From Octopus bimaculoides (lineage: Eukaryota), in the NCBI RefSeq assembly GCF_001194135.2, contig NC_068994.1, positions 35,664,311 to 35,728,310 on the forward strand: a stretch of DNA of 64,000 nucleotides. The letters run 5' to 3'. Position numbers and translations under genes: made by a program. Position 1 is the first letter of the stretch, and every line of letters begins with the position of its first letter. Below the pieces are notes generated by a model that did not search any database, was not told the DNA's origin, and was given only the letters and a program-made list of their open reading frames with translations. Below, piece by piece: positions 1 through 12,720 of this stretch.

Positions 1-125
1 ACAGATATATTTTTGAAAATGTAATTAAAATACATTTTTTCGAATGGCTGGTCATCAAAGATACTGGCTGATATATGAAGGGAAGACTTACTATTCTTGT
101 ATGAATATGCAATGTGACCAGATTC

Positions 126-177
<52 letters not shown>

Positions 178-1155
178 CACGTTTGTATGTGTGTGTGTAA
201 AATAGTTGCAGACGTAGCTGTGTGATTTAGCTTTTGAGTCACGTGCTCAGGGCTTTTGTTTTGAGGGGTGTAGAACCACCTCTTAATTGCTATTGTTCCC
301 AGCTTTACTCAGACCCAGAACAGTAGCACCTATTGGGGTCCAAGCTATGAATGAATTATCATGTGAACAACTGGGAGCAAAGGACCCTTAGTTTTCATTA
401 GACTTCCTTCTAGAAGAAGGTAAATTTGTATAAAAAATCTCAAAGAGCAGTTGGATTCTGGGCGACTCAACTTCTCCTGTGCCACTTTTTTAATAGCTGG
501 TTGTGCTGAAAGTGGGTTCAGTGCCGTGCAATCCTTTATCCACTCAAAACAAATCCGTGTGCAAGAACTTCTTGCAGTCTTGGAATGTTTGCACAAATGT
601 ACTGAGTTTAGGCATTAGTTTTACTTGGTCACGAGTTGACTTCCACCTTGTACATACATGTATTTATATGTGTATGTATCGGTGGATGTGTGTGTGTGTG
701 TGTGTGTGTGCATGTGTGTGTGCATGTATCTATGAATGTATTCTTAACCATTGGATACAGACATGTCTGAATAACTGTTTCAGAATTATGAGGTTCTGGG
801 TTTGATCCTGTTCTCAAGAAATGTTTCTTACCATAATCTTGGGTTGATTCAAGCTTTGTAATTCTTCGGAAGTCTGTCTGATGAATCCCACTTGTATATC
901 AAAGAGCCCAGTCTTGTCATGCACACTCTGTGATCCTGATTTTGGCTGATAATTGTATTAAAAGAATGTGTCTGTGGAACTAACTTAATACAGATAATTC
1001 AATTGATCAAGCACATGGAAGATTCATCATCGAAACCAACAAAAGCTCACTTCAAATATACCTGTATATATACATACATACACATATATACACATGCATG
1101 CATACACAAACATGTGTATGGGTGTATTATATTATGTATGTATATACATGTATTA

Positions 1156-1192
<37 letters not shown>

Positions 1193-2021
1193 TAGATAGT
1201 GAGAGAAAGAGAGAGAGAGAGAGAAAGAGAGAAATGAAATCAAGTTAGTTCCACAGATGCTAAAATACCAGCAATATGAATGAGGGAAAATTCCTCAAGG
1301 GAGCATTATTTGAGTATAAAAATAAAAATGCCGTTGTGAGTTGTGATACTTCAGTTAACTGCCATCATTAATGTACTCTGCTTAGTATATATATGACATA
1401 TAAAGGGATCCAAATGCCAGGTATCGGTGTGTAAACAGGTTTTCACATTTAATGTATCACTATAGGCTAAGAAGAGTCCTTCTTTTGATATCTTCCAGTC
1501 AATATATCTGACAGCTAGAAAGTCAAGTCTACACCAAAAATCTCCAGCATAGTTTAGGATCCAACAGATTTCAATTTTTATATCTTGAAACCTAGTACAG
1601 TATGACCAGTTATACTGTACTTACTTATGAATGAGAATGGCCTGGTAGAATGTACCAGGCTTTTGCAAAGTGTCTTAGATGCTTAAGTAGTTATGAGGAG
1701 ACATAGACATCTTCTTCATCCCCAGTGGAACATTGAGAATGTGACAGCTGGAGGGAGAAATTGCTACATCATTTCCATACTAGTACACATTACAGTTGTG
1801 TATACTAGGGTTTCATGAAATGAATTTCGTTGCTTAAGGTCTCTGCATGCTGCCCTGTCCAAGAGTTGAACTCAAGAAGACCTGTACTCCACAGCAGAAG
1901 TCTTAATGCACTGTCCAGGAATTGAACTTAAGAAGGTATTTTCTGCACAGCAAAAGTGTTAATGCTACTGTCCCTGATGAAGCAGACCGGCCTGCAAGAG
2001 CCTTGTGTTGGTTCCACATAA

Positions 2022-2286
2022 AAGTGCTCATGCCAGTGCTACATTAAAAGCACCCAACACATACTCTAAAGTGGTTCACATTAGGAAGGGCATCCAACCA
2101 TTGGAACTAAGTCAAATCAGACTGGAACCTGGTGCAGCTCACCTGCTTGCCAGCTCTGGTCAAGCCGTCCAATCTATACCAGCATGGAAAACGGACGTTA
2201 AAGTAGGAGGAGGAAGATAATGACAATGATGATGATGATGATAACAGTGAAAATGACAATAATGACAACAACGATGATGATGATAT
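2022..2286 (+). mobile_element. RTE-type 3' end or RTE-dependent short element with (GAT)n tail
   Basis: cattaggaagggcatcc...ccagcatggaaaacggacgttaaa followed by GAT repeats; same family as the copies at 5868, 27874, 51495 and 60222. Confidence 0.7.
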
Positions 2287-2930
2287 CACGAGCAGCTTTA
2301 CGATACAAATTTGAATAGACATAGAAATTTTTAATCAAACCCTTTGTCTTTGAACAGCTCAACTGGACTTGATGGGAGCTAAACTAACCACAACAAAATG
2401 AACAACTAGAAACATCTGACAGAATCCTTAGATCAAGATGAATATGGCAAATTTCTTTTCCTGAAGAATGTACTGTAATGTTTGTGGGAAAGAAGAAGCC
2501 TTCTAATTGATGAGGTATCATAATCATGTGGCCATCACATCTCAACAATTCTAAGAATATGGTTAATCAAATTCCTTTGGTAATTCATAAGGCTTCACAG
2601 AACTGGTTGTTTATCTCACAGCAAGAGATAAATCTGATTTTATTTAACAGACAGGTAAGACATTATTTCCAAAAGTGTGTTGGACTGAGGTGAGTATTAG
2701 CTATTATGTATTTTATCTAATTTCCTAGATAGCCAGCATATACACTTATAAACACATGCATAAATACATATGTGCATGCACAAACATAATGTTTAACAAG
2801 TTCACTTTGAAAACATGTAGTTCAGTGACTCCAGGTTGCTGTTTTCCTGTTTTAGCATTTCACCTTGGGTGTCTTCGACCATAGTATCAAGTTGATCAAT
2901 ATGAAAATGTATGGAAACAATGCATATGTA

Positions 2931-2963
<33 letters not shown>

Positions 2964-3103
2964 NNNNNNNNNNNNNNNNNNNNNNNNNNNNNNNNNNNNN
3001 NNNNNNNNNNNNNNNNNNNNNNNNNNNNNNNNNNNNNNNNNNNNNNNNNNNNNNNNNNNNNNNNNNNNNNNNNNNNNNNNNNNNNNNNNNNNNNNNNNNN
3101 NNN

Positions 3104-3134
<31 letters not shown>

Positions 3135-3179
3135 CGTGTGTGTGTGTGTGTATTTTTTATCTTTTACTTGTGTGTGTGT

Positions 3180-3615
3180 ATCTTTTATTTTTTACTTGTT
3201 TCAGTCATTGGACAGTGGCCATGTTGGGGCACCACCTTGGGAGGTTTTAGTAAAACAGTTTGACTCCAGAACTTATTTTTCATGCCTGGTATTTATTCGT
3301 GCAGTTTCTTTTGCCAAATTGCTAACTTAAGGGGACATAAACAAACTAACAGCTATTGTTAATGGGTGGGACAAACACAAGTACAAAGACAAAAACAACT
3401 AGATACATATACATATATACATATGCACACTTTCACACACACATTCACAACAGGTTTCTACACAATTTTCATCAACCAAATTCGCTAACAAAGTATTGGT
3501 TAGCCCAGAGCTAAAGTAGAAGATATTTTCTCAAGTTGCTATGCAGCCAGATTGAACCCCAAGCCAAGTAATTACAGAGTGAGTATCTCAACCATACAAC
3601 CATTCCTGCACCTAT
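3180..3615 (-). mobile_element. tRNA-derived SINE, family A (internal microsatellite, tail gactgaaacaagtaaaaga)
   Basis: Co-linear with the copies at 34885-35280, 52750-52950 and 55160-55545. Confidence 0.7.
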
Positions 3616-5459
3616 TTGTGTGTGTGTAGGCATACCACATGTATGTGTGTATCTGATCCATTGAGTTTTTTTGCTATTTATTCACTCCCACCTGATCATC
3701 ATCATGCTTCTGGTCACTGCACACTTTCAATGTAATGCCTATGTTTCATTTTGCAACTATCCACATCCTTCCCAAATCCCTTCTGTCAAGAATGAGAATG
3801 GCAACCTCTTTGAAATATTCTTAATATGAAACTAATGAGGCAGTTTCTATCTGAGCATCTAACCTGGTAGAAATTTCACTTAAATCTACCTCAAATCACA
3901 CCCTACAATTTCAGGTATAAATAGAACACATTGAATTATTAACTCCTAGTCACATCACAAAAAAACATGGTTGCCACAGCTAGAGTATGTCTAATCATAG
4001 CCTTTTTCTCATAGATTCTGCTAATATTTGAAAATAAAACAGCTTGCTGAAGCACAAAATGAATCTTCTTGAAATTGATGTTGCTGACCTCAAGGAGACA
4101 TGACAAGGAATTTGGGGGCCAAGGTTCTTTTTCAGAGACAGGAGGACTACAAGGATCAACTAATCTCTTTCAGTGATGAAAATGAACTCCAAAGCTAATG
4201 ACCCTGTGGCTTGATCATCAACTCTATCTGCTAGAAATAGCGAGCAAATCTCTTTCAAATTATGCCCTACTGTCTTAATCCTTTTGCGTTCAGATTACTC
4301 TGTCAAATGTAAAGCTTATTTATTTATTCATATTGTTTTGAATTTATCATATATTATGTTGTAGGTTCAAGATTTCAATGATGTGATTGTTTATTTTTAG
4401 AATGTCATTGTAGAGTAGGTGTGAAAGCCTGGATCTGACTGGCTTAAACATAAAACAGGTAGAATATTTAGGCCAGATATGGCCAGTTTAACTGCTAAAG
4501 TGTCAAAAAAAATGGGGATAGTACTTTTTTCTTTAAAGCACGTTGGGATTAAGTATAGGATAGTTTTGGCTGTGATAGGATGGTCATAGCTGGAGGCTAT
4601 TTTGATAATCTTTGAAGGCTTTGGCCAGAAATGTTTTTGATTCACAAGCTTTTTCAATCAGAGCTGACATGAAGCTAAATAACTGCTGCAGCAGAAGTAA
4701 CAACAACAACAACAGTGGTAGTAGTGGCCACAGCAGTAGTGGCAGAAGTAGCAACAATAACAACAAAACAACATCAACAGTGGCAGCAACTACAAAAACA
4801 AGAACAGTAACAAAATCAACAATAACACCAACAACAGTAGCAGCAGTGGCAGCAACAGCAACAGTAAATCATCAACAGCAACAAGAACAACAACAACAAA
4901 ATATGTCAGTCTATAAGTTTAACCATGCATGTTATGTTTGAAATGCAAACTAGTAAACTAGAAGTAAACTGTAACTTGTAAGGCATCCATTAATATAGAA
5001 GTTGCTTATTAGCTAATTAGCTAATCTAATCAACTTTTATGATGAAAGGTTTAACATTTTCTACCTCATTTACATGAATGTATACACACACACGCACACA
5101 CATACACATATGCATGCACATGCACACACATACATACATGCACAAGTTCATACATATGCATACACATGAGCTGTAACAAACAGAAGAAAGATAACTCAAT
5201 ACTGGTGGTAAAGTATAAATTATTTATTTATGTATAGTTAACAATAAAATATGTTAATACTCTGGATTTCACATTAGCACAGAGAAACCATGCTATGATC
5301 TTCAGTCTATGAATTTTGATTCCTGTTTGACATACTAAAAGGACTTACATTTTGACAGGTGTTAAATACTTACCATGAATAAATACTCAGAGTAGACAAT
5401 AAACATTACTAAAGTAAGCAGACAACAAAGGGCTTTAAAACTTTAATATGTAAACATGT

Positions 5460-5634
5460 AGGTTCAGATATAATCATGTGGTTAAGAAACTCATTTTTCA
5501 ATCACATGGTTTTGGGTTCAATCCAACTGTATGCCACCATGGGCAAGTGTTTTCTACTACAGCCTCAAGCTGATCCAAGCCCTGTGAGTGGATTTAGAAG
5601 ACAGGAAGTGAAAGCCTATTGCATACACGTGTGT

Positions 5635-5666
<32 letters not shown>

Positions 5667-5795
5667 ATGCATGTATGTATGTGTGCATGTATGTATGTAT
5701 GTGTGCATGTCTGAGTTTTATGTTGGTTTATATACGTCCCCATAACTTAGCCATTTGATAAAAAAAAAGACCATTGGAATAAATAACAGTTTTTA
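5460..5795 (+). mobile_element. SINE family A copy
   Basis: gtggttaagaaac...gggttcaatcc...gggcaagtgtttctactacagcc...(GT)n...cccataacttagcc. Confidence 0.7.
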
Positions 5796-5867
5796 AAAAA
5801 TGGTATTATGTGAGACTATTTGCTTGAAAATACATTGTATTTCAGTACTCCTTGTGTATATATATGC

Positions 5868-6085
5868 TGGTGACACCAGCATATGTAAAAGTGCTTGTGT
5901 AGTGCCACGTTAGAAGTACCCAGCATACATTGTAAAGTGGTTGGCATGAGGAAGGGAATCCAGCTGAAGAAACCAAGCCAAATCAGACTAAAACCTGGTG
6001 TAGCTCTCCTGCTTGCCAGCTCTGGTCAAATTTTCCAGCACATGTTACCATAGAAAACAGACATTAAAGGATGATGATGATGATA
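5868..6085 (+). mobile_element. RTE-type 3' end, GAT-tailed
   Basis: ggttggcatgaggaagggaatccagc...gacattaaaggatgatgatgat. Confidence 0.7.
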
Positions 6086-6436
6086 TATAAAGTTATAAAT
6101 GATGTGAGAAATAGTATGATGCAATTTATTCAACCATTGGATGTAGCTTGCTTTCTACATTGTTTGAAAAGATTATTTGTATTAATTCAGACATGTAAGT
6201 AATTTATTTATTATTAAATATAATAAAATAAATTATATTTCCATGCTTTATGTTATGAAACAATTCATTGTGATATAGAAATTTTCCAATGGTTAAATAA
6301 ATTTCATCATACAATTTCCCTCATCATTTGTGGTTTTCTCTTGTATCATACTATACATTCAATATGATGTTTAGAATGATACATTAAGGAACTTTTTCAT
6401 GAGTACTACTAAATTACTTGAATATATATATTGAGA

Positions 6437-6484
<48 letters not shown>

Positions 6485-6899
6485 TAAATTATAGGGTGGC
6501 AAAGAAAATTTTAGAAATTTTATTTACCACCAGTGGTCTAGCGAGAGTAAAAACAGTCANNNNNNNNNNNNNNNNNNNNNNNNNNNNNNNNNNNNNNNNN
6601 NNNNNNNNNNNNNNNNNNNNNNNNNNNNNNNNNNNNNNNNNNNNNNNNNNNNNNNNNNNNNNNNNNNNNNNNNNNNNNNNNNNNNNNNNNNNNNNNNNNN
6701 NNNNNNNNNNNNNNNNNNNNNNNNNNNNNNNNNNNNNNNNNNNNNNNNNNNNNNNNNNNNNNNNNNNNNNNNNNNNNNNNNNNNNNNNNNNNATATATAT
6801 ATATATATATACATACATACATAGATGTATTAGAGTGTTTCATCAGAAACTAATGTATGTCAAAAATCAGTTCTATCCCCATGGCATATAGTGTAGTGG

Positions 6900-6945
6900 T
6901 TAACCACTATGCCATATGCCCATGGGCATATGGCATAGTGGTTAA
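6900..6945. repeat. Perfect 46-bp palindrome
   Basis: ttaaccactatgccatatgccca|tgggcatatggcatagtggttaa, checked base by base. Confidence 0.97.
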
Positions 6946-6996
6946 GAGCATGGGCTACTAACCGTAAGATTCCGAATTCAATCTAGGCAGTGACCC

Positions 6997-7044
<48 letters not shown>

Positions 7045-7093
7045 CATCGTAAAATACCTTAGGAATGAGAACCCAGGTTCGAAATTCCCCAAA

Positions 7094-7135
7094 ACACCTG
7101 ATGAAGGCTGGAGGGTATATCAGCCAAAACGTGTT
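7094..7135 (+). ncRNA. Degenerate type I minimal hammerhead-ribozyme motif, probably inactive
   Basis: Stem I acac/gtgt, core CUGAUGA and a perfect 5-bp stem II ggctg/cagcc. GAAA is present as AAAA and no cleavage triplet is visible. Confidence 0.5.
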
Positions 7136-7419
7136 AACTACAAACAAGATGAAGACAAATATCCGCCAAATGTAAATAATGTCAAAAATCAGGTCACGTG
7201 CCTAGTATTCAGGTCCCTCACAGAATATATTTTTCGAAGTTTTGGCCATCTTAGAGACCGAATTTTATCAAATTTATTTTTTTAAATTACTGAGAGATAC
7301 AATTTATTTCAAGAACAAAGAGTGACAAAAGGAGAAACAATCAGACAGATGGAGATTTCTGATACCCTACTCTCTCTCTGCCCTCATTCTTCAATTTATA
7401 ACTCAGAATAAATATGAAA

Positions 7420-7560
7420 ACGATAGATTGGCAGTGGTGTTAGAATGTCAGACAAAAGGTCTGCATAATTTGTTCCAACCCTTTAAGTTCTGAATTCGAA
7501 TCCCACCAAAGTCGACTTTTCTATTCATCTGTCTCAGGGGTCTATGCAATTAACCACCAA
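7420..7560 (+). mobile_element. SINE family B fragment
   Basis: gttctgaattcgaatcccaccaaagtcgacttttctattcatc. Confidence 0.55.
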
Positions 7561-7618
7561 TCAAATAATGATGCTGACTGAATGGTCTTATAACCAATTC
7601 TGAAAGTGAATTCTATTA

Positions 7619-7649
<31 letters not shown>

Positions 7650-9039
7650 TCTGGTGGTAGAGGAGGGGGAGGAGGAGGAGGGCAGAGAGGAAGATATAGA
7701 TAGAGAGATCGATTGATTAACAGATATGTATGTAGAGAGGTGTGTATGTCTCTCTCTCTAAGCACACGCACACACACATATAGATAGATAGATAGAGAAA
7801 AGAGAAGAGAAGGAGATAGGAAGGGAGAGAGTAAAAGGGCAAGGGCAATCTAATTCTCTCCTGCCACTACCCTCCACTCCCCTGCTAATCCTTAATAATA
7901 AATATGAAGTCTTGTATGTATTAAAGGTGCTGAGGTAAGTAGGGGAGAGGTGTGGAAGTAATTCCATCCTGAACTAATCAGAATCGTCATGGCCCTGGCT
8001 ACAGTAATTTGATAATACCAAAGAACTATGGAATGGTAAGATTACAAGATTAAAGTATAAAGCAAGCAAGCACAATCTTGCTTTCCTCTCACTGTGTCTG
8101 TACATGCATGTTTGTATTAGAATGTGTTTGTGTGAGAGTGTGTGTGTGTGAGGCTATCTGTGAATGTGTGAAAGTGAGTTTATCTGTGTGTGTGATAGTG
8201 TGTATGAAAGTAGGTGTGAGTGAGAATGTGTGTGTGAGGTTATCTATGTGTATGTGAGTGTGAGTTTATCTGAGTGTCCCAATGTGTGTGCATGTGTCTG
8301 TGAGTTCAGGCATTTCTGTGTGAAAATATGTAATATATATGAGAATATACATGTGTGTGCATGTACATGCATCTAAAGTTTCTATGTATGAGTTAAAGTT
8401 AATTTGTACTGGTGTGTGTGTAGATAGATGTATCTGTGTATGTATACCTGTGTGATTGTATGTTTCGTGTATGTATTTGCATGTCTTTGTGTATGTGTTT
8501 ATATTTATGTGTGAGTGCTTACACTTCAATGTGTGTGTGTATGAGGGTTTTATAAGTTTGTAGGTATCTATGTATGTGCATGTTTGTAACATGTGTGTGC
8601 CTTAGTGTATATGTATGCAATGCTTTTTCTTTTAGTGTTTATGCATATAAAGGTATGTATATATAAATACATGTATACATATGGATGTAAATGCTTGCAC
8701 ATCTATATTTTCTAATACATCTGTGTATTCTAGCTTGTGCGTATATTGCTGTTACTATACTCCTGTATGTACATAGATGAATGTAGCCCCAGGTCAGTTC
8801 TGATCAAACAGACCTATAATCAAAAACTTTCCAGCCGTGGCCATCCCATTTGTTTTCCTGTATGCAAGGAACCAAAGACTACCGCAGCTTTTTCTATTAC
8901 TGTAAGATCTACTGTAGCTCTTTCTGTTGCTGTAAGATTTGATTTGTGAGCTTTTTGCTGCTATTTTTAATGAATCCCACTACAATATAGAGGTTCTCTT
9001 GGTGGCTTGTATGCATGTCTTAATCTGCACATGTCAGCT

Positions 9040-9380
9040 CTGATTAAGCTGGCCAATGATTAAAGATGTTCTTGACATGACCATTCCATCGTTTTCGCAG
9101 ATAGTTATCTAGGGTAAAGTCTCCCATCGGGGCACAAGTCTGGGCAGGGTCGTTTATGGAAGACCAGCAGTCACCCATATATACCAACTCCATGCCACCA
9201 ATGTTATCCAAGGGAAGGCCGATACAGCTTGGCACCAGTGACATTGCACCTTCATTTCTACAGCTGAGTGAACTGGAGCAACATGAAGTAAAGTGTCTTA
9301 CACAACACACTGCCTGGTCCACGAATTGAACTCACTATCTCATGATTGTGGGCCCAACACTCTAACCACTGAGCCACCTA
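9040..9380 (-). mobile_element. tRNA-derived SINE with CORE-like central segment (family C)
   Basis: The reverse complement gives ggctcagtggttagag...gagttcaattc...gacactttacttcatgttgctccagttcactcagctgtagaaatg. Related heads occur at 48405-48545 (-), 51640-51900 (+) and 56050-56280 (+). Confidence 0.65.
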
Positions 9381-9639
9381 CATTATTGAGTGAGTTGTTC
9401 CATTCAGTTGTAAATGACATTAGGTTGCGACATGAAAGAGATTTGGTTGCTTTTTCTTGCAGATGAAATAATCACATTGCAGTCCCTTAGAGATTTATTC
9501 TTGTTGCTATTTAGCCCCAGGTCAGCCATGATAGAACAGGCCTGGGACTCTGTGTGTGTGTGTGTGTGTGTGTACTTTCTAATGGCTGATGTAAATTTTG
9601 GTTGTCTAATTGGATGACTTCACCAGTAATGCTTTATAT

Positions 9640-11720
9640 CGTGTATAGAGAAGGAGAGAGAGAATAACGGCACGCTGTCTCTGTATAAAGACAGCTAATG
9701 TAAAAGGTGCTGGATGGGATGTCAACCTCCCTAATGTCAAATGGTCAGAGGACCATCTCCTCTCAGGTATGTCACTGCATAAATAGAAGCAGGCAGAATC
9801 TCTGCTTAACCTTACAAACATGCTATTTATGGAGTAAATAATGCTCCACCTAACAAGGAATAAAAATGCCCAGGACCTCTGCTTCATAAATAATATGACA
9901 CTCATCCATAATGCTAAGGTAACACCAACGATTTTCTTGGACCATAATTTAGTAGAACTAACAACAATAGAACTTCCAAGGAAGACTGCAGACATGCAGT
10001 CTACTGGAAGCATCAGCCTTCTTACCAACCTGAACTTTCATAAAGCTAATTGAAAAGGTATTCAGATAGAATTTCTAGAACAAAACTGGTTTGTCAGTCT
10101 CTCTATGCAGGATGTTGAAATAAAGCTACAACACTTAATGACAATTATGCAAGACATATGCAGCAAGTTTGATCCTGAGAGAATTTTGAGCCAACAGGAA
10201 AACGTAATTCCTAGAAATAGGGAAATTCTAAGGAGATAATGAACTAAGAACTCAAATAATTCAAATAGACCACTAAAGGACAGCGAAGAAACTTATCTCA
10301 GACAAGTACTGTTTGAGACTGAGGAAACTTGAACACAAAAGGAGAGGGCAGAAAATGAAGCTGGGGCTGTGAAAAATGTAAAGACAAATCCTAAGCTTTA
10401 TATTGGTTTGCAAAAAAAAGTCTGCTTCAGTACAGTACAAAATAGGGCCACTGTTTGAAGGAAATGGCTCACTAACTGTGGACCCCCAAAGAATAAGTGA
10501 TATACTGAATGTACAATGCAAACACATCTCCACTTGGAAATAAATATCTGGACATGTCCTTTGAAACCACAGCTCTACTCAAAGAGGTGGTAATTATTGA
10601 GTATATCAAGATAAAGGAAACTCATTGAAGAAATGAGCATATACACAGTCACTGACCCTGATAAATTCGCAGCAATACTCTAAAAAAGGAAAAAGGACCT
10701 TTGAAAGATCACTGCAGATCCTCTTCTAAAGTTTCTGTGCAAGTGGTAAACTTCCAAGAAAGTTTATAGGTGGGAATAATATTGTCCTATCCATAAAGGA
10801 GGAAGCAGAGCAGATAGTAAAAATAATAAGCTTGTCTCTAATAGTAAAATAATAAGCCTGTCCCATATGTCAGCAAAGCCATGGAACAAACTGTAAGGAG
10901 GAAGCTGATCATGTTCCTAGAAGATAATGACTGATTGTCTGACACCCAGTATAGCTTCTGTTCAAGAAGAGGCTGCCTTACACAGTTTCTGCAACATTAA
11001 TTCTTCAGAAGCAACTTATGAATCACTCAAATATGGTTGTGATATATCTCGATTTTGCACAGGCTTTTGATAAGGTTGATCACAGAATGATATGTCATAA
11101 ACTATGAGGTGCTGGCATAGTGAGAAAACTAGGAGTATGGGTTCATGATTTCATAAAAGACAGAAGCCAGGCTGTAGCAGTCAATGAAGCCCTCCCTAAG
11201 GAGACATTAACAGAGAATGGAGAGCTTCAGAGAACTCTTTCAGAACTGCTGCTGTTTGTAGCTCTTGCAGACATGCCATCAGTTATACGAATAGCCACAC
11301 TTACAAGCTATGTCAATGATGCAAAAGAAGCACAAGTAGTCAAGGATCCTCTAGATGCTAATCTTCTACTGAAAGATCTAGATGCCATGTGTAAATGGGC
11401 TGAAGAAAACAACATGCAATTTAATATAGGGAAATTTGAAGCCCTTTGAAATCAGCCATCTTGTGCTAACAAAGATACTTTGGACCAAAAGGAGTGGCAA
11501 TCCCAGAGTCAAACACAGTATGTGACCTGGGGATTGATACAACAGTGCTTTGTTTTGTGTACATATCACCAAAAAGGTAGTAATGTGCAGGAAAATGACT
11601 GAGTGGATTCTGAAAGCTTTCGGGACAAAGGACCAGGAAATTATACTGGTTCCATGGAGGAAAATTGTCCTCAGCTCTCTGGACCACTGCTCTCAACTAT
11701 GGTCACCTCCACAGTATCAA
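9640..11720 (+). mobile_element. Decayed CR1/L2-group LINE ORF2 (APE endonuclease end plus reverse transcriptase)
   Basis: Translated pieces GWDVNLPNVKW, DLCFINN...DHNLVEL, PIHKGGS, YLDFAQAFDKVDH, KLGVWVHDFIKDRSQAV and KWAEENNMQFNIGKF, with many stops and frameshifts. Confidence 0.85.
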
Positions 11721-12479
11721 TTTGATAGTGGGAATGAAGGTACACCTGGGACTGTTCACTTTTCATCATCCTTTTTTCACTTGACCACTGACTTGTTCAG
11801 TCATGCTTCTCCCGGCCTCTTGCATTCTCTACTTTCTGCATTAGGTTCATTTTTTTCACCATTTGTTGTTTTACCTTTTGCTCTGTCCTTCATCTTTCCA
11901 GTCATATAGGACAATCTCCATTGCATTACTTATACACATGTCTTGTCTTTTCTCCGAGCACCACAGTCTTTATTTTGTTTATATAATGTATAATTCATTT
12001 TGTTTGTATATTTACATTTATACCTGTGTTGTATTCATATTTGTTTGTGTCACTGTCATCAACATTCACTCAATATCCCCAGCTGCTATTTGCTGTTGGC
12101 TCCACCAAAAGTGAAAAATATTCTTAAAGTCATGAAATTGGAATGACTTTTTGGATGATAACTGATGAGGAAACTGCATGTCCATGTCTTGTGCGTAAAT
12201 TTTCCATTCGTTCCTTGTTGTTCTTCTGCTTAAGTTTTGAGACTTACTATTTAATGTATATTTAGAGAGAGACAGAGAGAAAGAAATTTAAGTGATACAA
12301 GAAGTGGGTAGAAAACAGGTGTATAAAAAAAGTAAAGGAAAAGACAAGTAAATAAATATGATGAAGATGAAGGAGATGGAGAGCAAGGTGGTATACAGTG
12401 TGTTGGACAATGAGAAGGTGTGATTAGGGAACAGGGACAAGGGAACATGGAAGGAATGCATAAGGGGAAGATAAAGAAG

Positions 12480-12720
12480 TATTGGTTGGATATTAAAGGT
12501 GTAGCAAAATGTGATGGTGGTGGTGGCAGTGATGGTAGTGGCGGCTGTGGTAACAGCAGCAGGAGGAGGGGTGGGGTGGCAACAGAAATGGCAGTGGCAG
12601 CTGTGGAAACTGCAGGAGGAGGAGGAAGCGGTGGTGGTGGTGGAGGAGGAGGAAGAGGTGGTGGTGGTGGTGGCTTTGGGGGTGCAAGAGGTGGTGGTGG
12701 TGGAGGAGGAGGACAATAAT
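12480..12720. repeat. (GGT/GGA)n low-complexity tract
   Basis: Read directly. Confidence 0.9.

Larger units (their letters stand above)
6871..7178 (+). mobile_element. Short non-autonomous retroelement: tRNA-like head, (AAT)n, and PLE-type tail with a degenerate hammerhead motif; 14-bp TSD
   Basis: atgtcaaaaatcag at 6857-6870 and 7179-7192. A-box TGGCATAGTGG at 6931-6941 and decayed B-box near 6975-6985. CTGATGA-a-GGCTG-N10-CAGCC-aaaac at 7098-7130. Confidence 0.7.

Noticed and set aside
345-650. 83-100 aa ORFs at the window start
   Set aside because: No recognisable motif or clean splice sites. The segment ends in a mariner-like terminus (revcomp ta-caaggtgg), so it is probably a decayed TE, but I could not confirm this.
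4397-4657. 86-aa minus-strand ORF
   Set aside because: No splice-site or motif support.
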